Origin: an uncultured virus (IMG/VR IMGVR_UViG_3300013120_000767)
Lineage: Duplodnaviria; Heunggongvirae; Uroviricota; Caudoviricetes
Strand: one strand, 5' to 3'
Virus record (IMG/VR): IMGVR_UViG_3300013120_000767
Coordinates: 62,001 to 126,000 of that record
Length of the DNA stretch: 64,000 bases
The notes beneath the pieces are model-generated. The model saw only the letters and a program-made list of their open reading frames with translations, was not told where the DNA came from and made no database searches. The position numbers and the translations under genes were made by a program. Below are positions 54,740 to 61,100 of the stretch, one piece after another (the stretch's first letter is position 1; the number at the start of each line of letters is the position of its first letter).

Positions 54740-56669
54740 AGGCAGAGTCAAATCGTTGCCGCAGAGGCGGCCGCCTTCCAAACTGGCCGCTTACGATCGG
54801 TCCCGGCTGACGTTGAGCAAGCCCCCGTCGCCTTTTTTGGATTACGCCAGTACAGTACTCCCCGACACCCTCCATGAGGTATGGCGGTGGTGCGCCTACT
54901 TCGCCATCTTCAACCCCCTACTCAATGCTGCCATTGTCCGCAAAGCATTGTACCCGGTTACCGATCTCACTTTGCGGGGCGGGCTTCGGGAGTCTGAAAT
55001 AGACGACTGGGTGGAGCTCCTGACGGAGTTTTTGGATATTCAGGCGTTGCGGGTGCAGATCAACCTTGACCTCTATGTGTACGGGCACGCTGCAGTGTCG
55101 GTGATCGCCCCGTTCAACAAGTACTTCCTCTGCAAGAAGTGCGGGAAGCCTCACTTAGCCAAGATCGCCAAGTTCAAGGTGGACCCGTGGGACAAGTCCT
55201 TCCGGGTGCGTTGTGTGGTCTGCAAGAGCTACCAACGAGCAGTGGTCAGGGATTTCTACATCAAGGCGGGGAATCGCATCACCCTACGGCGGTGGGACCC
55301 CTTTGAGCTGTCGGTGAGGCGCGTCGGCTTCTCGTTGCAGCCTAAGTACCAGGTGGATTTCTCCAAAGAGTTTCGGAACCAGGTCAAGTTAGGGAAGCGG
55401 GAGGCCATTGCCGACACCCCGCAGGAGTTTGTTGAGGCCATCCTCCGTAATAAGAAGATGAACCTGTTCAATGACCAGGTGTTCATCTTTGAGGAAACAG
55501 CGCTGACTCCTTCCACCTACAAGAAGTCCGTGCAGACCAGGGAAGGGTGGCCCTGGCCGACGTTGGCCGGGACGTTGCCTGACTGCTTCCATATGAAGAT
55601 TGTTTTGAAAGCGGAGGAGGCGCTGGTGATGACTCAGCTCATCCCTTTCCGGATGATCACCCCGGCCGCTTCCGGAGATGCTGGGCACAGTGTGAACCTG
55701 TCCGGCGCCGCAAAGATGTGGATGGACAAGATGCGCAGCCAGCTGGAGACTTGGGAGCAGGACCCGGCCTCGGTGGCCATTTCCCCCATCCCGTCGCAGC
55801 TGCTCCAGTTCGGGGACCCCAATCGCCTGCTCATGCCTGACCAGCAGGTCAGGTTGCTGATGGAGCGTATCCTCATTGGAGCGCGCACACCGGTCGAGTT
55901 CGTGTGGGGCGGCAAGTCGTGGTCGGGCGCTTCCCATTCTCTGCGGGCATTGGACACCGAGTTCATAGCGTTGATGCACTTGCACAAGCGGTTCATTCGG
56001 TTCGTGATGAAGAAGTGCGCCTCCATTCTGGGCTGGGGGCTGCCCAACGAGGTCTTCCTCCAACCCATCATGTCCGGGGACGAGGTCCAGAAGCTCTCCA
56101 TCCTGAGCGGCATGGCGGCCCAGGGCGGCCTGGCGTACCGGGTGGTGCACGAGCGAATGGGCCTTGACAGTGAGGCCGTTTGGGAAGCACAACTCGAGGA
56201 GCAGAAGATGCGAGTGCGCAACCAGGCGGCGATTCAGCGGTTGCAGGAGGAATTGGGGCTCGGCCCTCCACCGGGGCAGCCTCAACCTGGGCAGCCTCAA
56301 CCTGGCCAGGAAGCACCGCCGGGAGGAGCCCCTGGAGAGGGACAGCCTCAACCCGGCCAGGAGGCTCAACCGGGGGAATCCCCCTTAGCGCCTCCCCCCG
56401 ACCAGTTGTCGGGAACGCACGGGGTGATGGGAACGCCGGAGATACTCGCTATGGTGCCTCCCGAAGGTGTGGACCCGGGGGCAGTACACAAGATCAGCAT
56501 GGCGCTGAAGCATCAGTCCCCCTTGCAGCGGGCTATGGTGTTGCAGGACATCGCCAACAAGAACATTGATATGCACCGGGCGCTGATGGAGCAATTCAAC
56601 CCCATGCAGCCGGTCATTGAAAGGCCCCTCCCTGAGCAGCTCCCGCCACGCAGAGCGGGGTACAGCTAA
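54732..56669 (+). CDS. Probable portal protein with zinc-ribbon insertion and Pro/Gln-rich tail
   Basis: 'WRWCAYFAIFNPLLNAAI..YPVTD', 'LDLYVYGHA', 'GWPWP', 'ILIGARTPVEFVWG'; CKKC..CVVC insert. Confidence 0.7.
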   Translation: MGEGRVKSLPQRRPPSKLAAYDRSRLTLSKPPSPFLDYASTVLPDTLHEVWRWCAYFAIFNPLLNAAIVRKALYPVTDLTLRGGLRESEIDDWVELLTEFLDIQALRVQINLDLYVYGHAAVSVIAPFNKYFLCKKCGKPHLAKIAKFKVDPWDKSFRVRCVVCKSYQRAVVRDFYIKAGNRITLRRWDPFELSVRRVGFSLQPKYQVDFSKEFRNQVKLGKREAIADTPQEFVEAILRNKKMNLFNDQVFIFEETALTPSTYKKSVQTREGWPWPTLAGTLPDCFHMKIVLKAEEALVMTQLIPFRMITPAASGDAGHSVNLSGAAKMWMDKMRSQLETWEQDPASVAISPIPSQLLQFGDPNRLLMPDQQVRLLMERILIGARTPVEFVWGGKSWSGASHSLRALDTEFIALMHLHKRFIRFVMKKCASILGWGLPNEVFLQPIMSGDEVQKLSILSGMAAQGGLAYRVVHERMGLDSEAVWEAQLEEQKMRVRNQAAIQRLQEELGLGPPPGQPQPGQPQPGQEAPPGGAPGEGQPQPGQEAQPGESPLAPPPDQLSGTHGVMGTPEILAMVPPEGVDPGAVHKISMALKHQSPLQRAMVLQDIANKNIDMHRALMEQFNPMQPVIERPLPEQLPPRRAGYS

Positions 56670-56716
56670 AAAAGGGGGAAAGGGGGACGGTCCCCAGAAC
56701 CGTCCCCCTCCCTTTG
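56668..56716. terminator. Probable bidirectional terminator
   Basis: AGGGGGACGG/CCGTCCCCCT stem flanked by an A-run and TTT, between convergent genes. Confidence 0.65.
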
Positions 56717-56723
56717 CCGGAAG

Positions 56724-56825
56724 TCAGCCGAACAGTGGAATTTCACCTTCCGGGTCCAGAAACCCGTCGATTAGCTCCCACAGCTCCCAGCCCACCTCCA
56801 GCCCCAGTAGAACAGCGTTGAACAT
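56724..56825 (-). CDS. 33-aa hydrophobic peptide (not in ORF track)
   Basis: RBS GAGGT; MFNAVLLGLEVGWELWELIDGFLDPEGEIPLFG. Confidence 0.4.
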   Translation of the reverse strand: MFNAVLLGLEVGWELWELIDGFLDPEGEIPLFG

Positions 56826-56910
56826 CGGATTACCTCATAGGTTGAGGTTGCCGATGTCTCTCAGTCCCACCAGTTTGCGTCGCCTGGTCGGGCTGTGAGG
56901 GCTCTCTTTT

Positions 56911-58011
56911 TCAGAACCCTTCCTCCTCCTCGTCCACGACAAGTATGCCCTCCCTTGCGGACGTGGCGGCACGGTACAGGTACCATGCCCTCTCGTGATC
57001 TTTCCACCAGGCTGGGGGCGGGAGCAGCACAACCCAGTCGGTGTCGTTCAGTGTGTAGACCGTCATGATGCGGCGGTCGCTCCCACGGGGGTAATTCAGG
57101 CCGGTGGGGGACCATACGGCATTGAGGTCCTTTTCCAGCACATCCATGGGTACCGTGTCCTTGGCAAAGTCCGACACGTAGTCACACTTGGCGAGTTCCT
57201 CAGCGGTCTTTTCCGGCGTGCCTCTCCGGAGATACCGTTCCCGAGTGAACTTCGTTTGGCAGGCTTCCAGGATGAGCCCGTAAGCTCGGTTGGGGCCATG
57301 CCGTGCTATGTCCGCCACGGTAGTGGCAAACACCCCAAAGTCATCTTTGGGGAAGCGATTGGGCGTTGCCCAATCAATCAACTCCATATCTGCCCAAGTT
57401 GGCACGACGACCGTAATCATTCGGGCATCCTCCTCGATGGCGTCCACCACTTGGATGATATCCTCATCTATCGGCAGCCACTGGTCCGGGTGGAACCCCA
57501 GCTCTCGTAGATTCCGCACGATCGTGAAAGGCAGAGAGACCTCGTTCTCTGCGGCGTTCATGAGCAGATTCGACATCGCCCCCGGCCTTGGGGATCGGAA
57601 CGGGTCCCCAACGAGGTGGATGGCCGATTTGAAACTTGCACCGAAGAATGAGTTACTTACGGTTTCGGCGTTGACCAGGGTGACTTCGCAATCCGGGGGT
57701 ACGATGTACTCCCAGGCCAACATGTAGGGGATGACTCCGGTGTCCTCAACTTCTTTCAGTACTGCCCGCCCGGCTTCGCTCCGCCCCACTTCTTCCTTCC
57801 CCCAGCCATAGGCTTCCCAGGGGGCCTTTCCGTAGTGGGCTTCAAAGAGCTTTATGGATTGGGCGTTGGAGATGAGGACCATCCCCTCTGGCAGGTGGTC
57901 TCGGAAGAATCGGGAGAATCCGCCCCTTCCTCCGATCACCCTCCCGTCGAGTTGTGTCTCGTCAAGCCGATGTGCTACCTGGCGAGTCACACTTGTGATG
58001 TCTAGTGCCAC
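56911..58011 (-). CDS. Hypothetical protein
   Basis: 366 aa, RBS AGGAGGT; downstream of GCTATAAGAAC. Confidence 0.7.
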   Translation of the reverse strand: MALDITSVTRQVAHRLDETQLDGRVIGGRGGFSRFFRDHLPEGMVLISNAQSIKLFEAHYGKAPWEAYGWGKEEVGRSEAGRAVLKEVEDTGVIPYMLAWEYIVPPDCEVTLVNAETVSNSFFGASFKSAIHLVGDPFRSPRPGAMSNLLMNAAENEVSLPFTIVRNLRELGFHPDQWLPIDEDIIQVVDAIEEDARMITVVVPTWADMELIDWATPNRFPKDDFGVFATTVADIARHGPNRAYGLILEACQTKFTRERYLRRGTPEKTAEELAKCDYVSDFAKDTVPMDVLEKDLNAVWSPTGLNYPRGSDRRIMTVYTLNDTDWVVLLPPPAWWKDHERAWYLYRAATSAREGILVVDEEEEGF

Positions 58012-58086
58012 ATTGTCTACCTCCTGTCTTATGCGGTTTTCTCCCCAATTCCACAGTGCCTGGTGTTTTTCTCGGCACTGTACATT

Positions 58087-58097
58087 GTTCTTATAGC
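58087..58097 (-). promoter_or_regulatory. Candidate phage-specific promoter GCTATAAGAAC
   Basis: Intergenic; same motif as 23346 and 51076. Confidence 0.55.
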
Positions 58098-58175
58098 GGG
58101 ATTTGGCTGCCCTTTGCTACGCTTCTTTCTTTTTAGCGCCGGGTAGGTTAGACTACGGACTAGTGGAGGGAACCG

Positions 58176-61100
58176 ATGCCGGACAGGACGCTCCCCCGGG
58201 ACTACTCGGAGAACTTGAACGCTGCCATGCGCGCCCTTGAGGGGCAGTTCCCGGTCAAGTACGGGAAGAGGGAGTTGCGGCTGTCCGAAGTAGAGGTGGA
58301 AACCCCCAAGGACCCCACTGATGTCAGCGCCCAGAAAGCTGCTCGGGTGCAGGGGAAGAAGTGGGGCGTAGGTATTCGGGGGACCGTGGCGCTGTATGAA
58401 GAGGGGAGGCTTGTAGACAAGCAACGGCTGCGCTTGGTGAATGTGCCCGTGCCTACTTCCAGGTGGAGCTACATCGTCAATAACAGTGAGTACTACCCCA
58501 TTACTCAGAACCGGCTGAAGCCGGGGGTGTTTATTCACCGCAAGCAGACAGGGGATACCGTTGCCTCTTTCAACCTCTCCCGGGGGAGGAACTTTGAGGT
58601 CCTGTACAGCCCGGAGCGGCAGCTCTACACCTTGAAGTACGGGGACACCAATGTCCCTCTTTACCATGTCATGAAGGCCTTGGGGGTGGATGACGGTGAC
58701 ATGCGGTCCGCCTGGGGTGCAGAAGTGCTCCAAAAGAATGCAGCGACTAAGCCCAAGTTGGTCCGGTTGCTGGCAGCGGCGGGGGTGGACTCCAACGAGA
58801 GCGGGGCCCCCCTGTTGGTCCGGGAGATGTTCTCCGCCATGGAGATGAGCACTCCTGAAGTGCCGGAGAAGACTATTGGGTTGAAGACTACCAAGGTCTC
58901 CTCCCAGGTGATGCTCCTCTCTTCTCGGAAGTTGCTGAACGTGGTGCGGGGGAAGGACACACCGGACCGGAGAGACTCGTTGGAGTACCGTTGGTTCATG
59001 AACATGCCTGCGTTCGTGCATGAGCGGATCAGCCGAGCGGGAGTGACCGGGAAGCTCAAGTACCGAATGGCCAAAAGTGACGATGTGACGGCTATCATGG
59101 GTGGGTCCTCCCCGTACGACAAGTCGGTGTGGAGCATTTTCACCTCCGCCGGCCTGGCCGACCGGGCGCCGCAGACCAACCCCTATGCGGAATTGGGCGC
59201 AGTGGGCCGGGTCAGCATCATGGGGGAGGGGGGCATCTCCAACCCCGACGCCATCACTGAGGCGGCCCGCTCCGTCTACCCCACGTTTGTGGGCGTCATC
59301 GACCCGGTGGTGACGCCGGAGAGTGAGAAAGCGGGGGCGGTGTACCCCCTTTCTATCGGTGGTACGGTGAAGAACCGGGAGCCTGCTCTCAGGGTACGCG
59401 AAGTGAAGACGGGCCAGCCCCACACGTTCACGGTGCGGGAGCTGCTCAATACCCCGTACGCGCTCACTGATGAGTATGCTCAGGCAAAGAAGGCTGGGCG
59501 GAACGTACGGGCCATCAAGGGCGGCAAGGTAGTCGAAGTGCCGGCCGGGAGCGTGAAGTACGTTATCGACCCGGCTACTACTTTCTCAGAGGTGACCCTG
59601 TCCACCCCGTTTGCCACTGCCACCTCCCCCAACCGCTTGGAGATGGTGTACCGTCATTTGACTTCCGCTATTGCCTTGCGGGACCGGGAGGTTCCGCTAG
59701 TACTGACGGCCACGGACAACGGTCGAATAGTGGAGCGAGTAATTGGAGACATGGTGGTGATGCGCTCTCCCGTGAACGGAACCGTGGTTTCCGTGAACAA
59801 AGACCGCATTCTGGTGAACGGGGAGGACGGGCGGAAGCACAAGGTCTTCATCCCCCATATGTTCCCCTTGAACGACGGCCGATCGGTGGAGCACCACGAG
59901 CCCGTAGTGAAGAAGGGGGACAAGGTCAAGAAGGGCGACCGCCTCACAGAGGCCAACACTACTCGGGACGGGCTCATCGCCATGGGGGTGAACGCCCGGG
60001 TAGGCTACATGGCCGACGGGTTCAACTTCGAGGACGCCATCACCATCAGCGAGTCCTTTGCCGCCAAGCTCACTTCTACAGCTATTGTGCAGAAGCACTA
60101 TAGCGAAGACGCTGAGGTGGACGCCGCGTTGTTCTCCCGCACTGTACGGCCGCTGTCGGTGGAGGAGCGGGCGACGTTGGAGGATGGGGTGGTAAAGCCA
60201 GGTACTTTGGTCCGAGAGGGGCAAATCCTGGTGGCCGGGGTGAAGAAGCAGGCCATGTCCAAAGAGGAGCGCCTACTGGGCAAGAAGTTGGGGATGGAGA
60301 CGCTCAGAGACGCCTCGGTGGTGTGGGATCGGCAGACCCCCGGAATCGTGCAAGAGGTGGAGAAGACGCCGGATGGGTACTACATCGCTGTGGCGGTGGA
60401 AGAGGTGGCCAAGCTGGGCGACAAGCTCAGTGGCCGGCATGGCAACAAGGGCGTATGCGGAAAGATCAAACCGGATTCGGAGATGCCCACCACCAGGGAC
60501 GGGAGACCGCTTGATGTCTTGCTTAATCCTGTCGGAATCGGGGGGCGTACAAATCCCTCCCAGATGTACGAGACTCTGGTAGGCAAAGTTGCCAAGAAGA
60601 AAGGGCACCCCATTGCGGTCAGCAGCTTCTCCGGAGGTGTCCGTATTGTTGATGTCCCGGCGCATGAGCGCACCTACTGGGTTGGGAGGGGGGAGGAGCG
60701 CAGGCCGATCAAGAAGCACATCGAAGCTTACAGCTACGAGCGGGACTTCGTTGAGGAAGTGGCGGAGCTCCTGAAGAAGAACGGGATGTCCGACACAGAG
60801 GAGGTCTTCGTTGACGGCAAGAAGGTGGGGGACGTCCTGGTGGGGTACCAGTACTTGCTGAAGCTCATCCACCAGGCCGAGCACAAGATGAATGCTCGAG
60901 GTGCCGGCTACCCCTACGCGTACTCCGCTGAAGGTACCCCGGTAAAAGGTGGGGAGGCCGGAGAAGGCGAAGTAGGGAAAGCCCAGTCTGCCGACCGGGG
61001 GATGGCCATGGCCCTACTTGCACACGGTGCTGGCGAGAACATGCGTGAGGTGCTCAGCTATCGTGGTGACAAGGACAACGATGCAGTGTGGACCGCCATT

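Noticed and set aside
56270..56380. GGGCAGCCTCAACCT short repeats
   Set aside because: Encode the GQPQP low-complexity tail of the portal protein.
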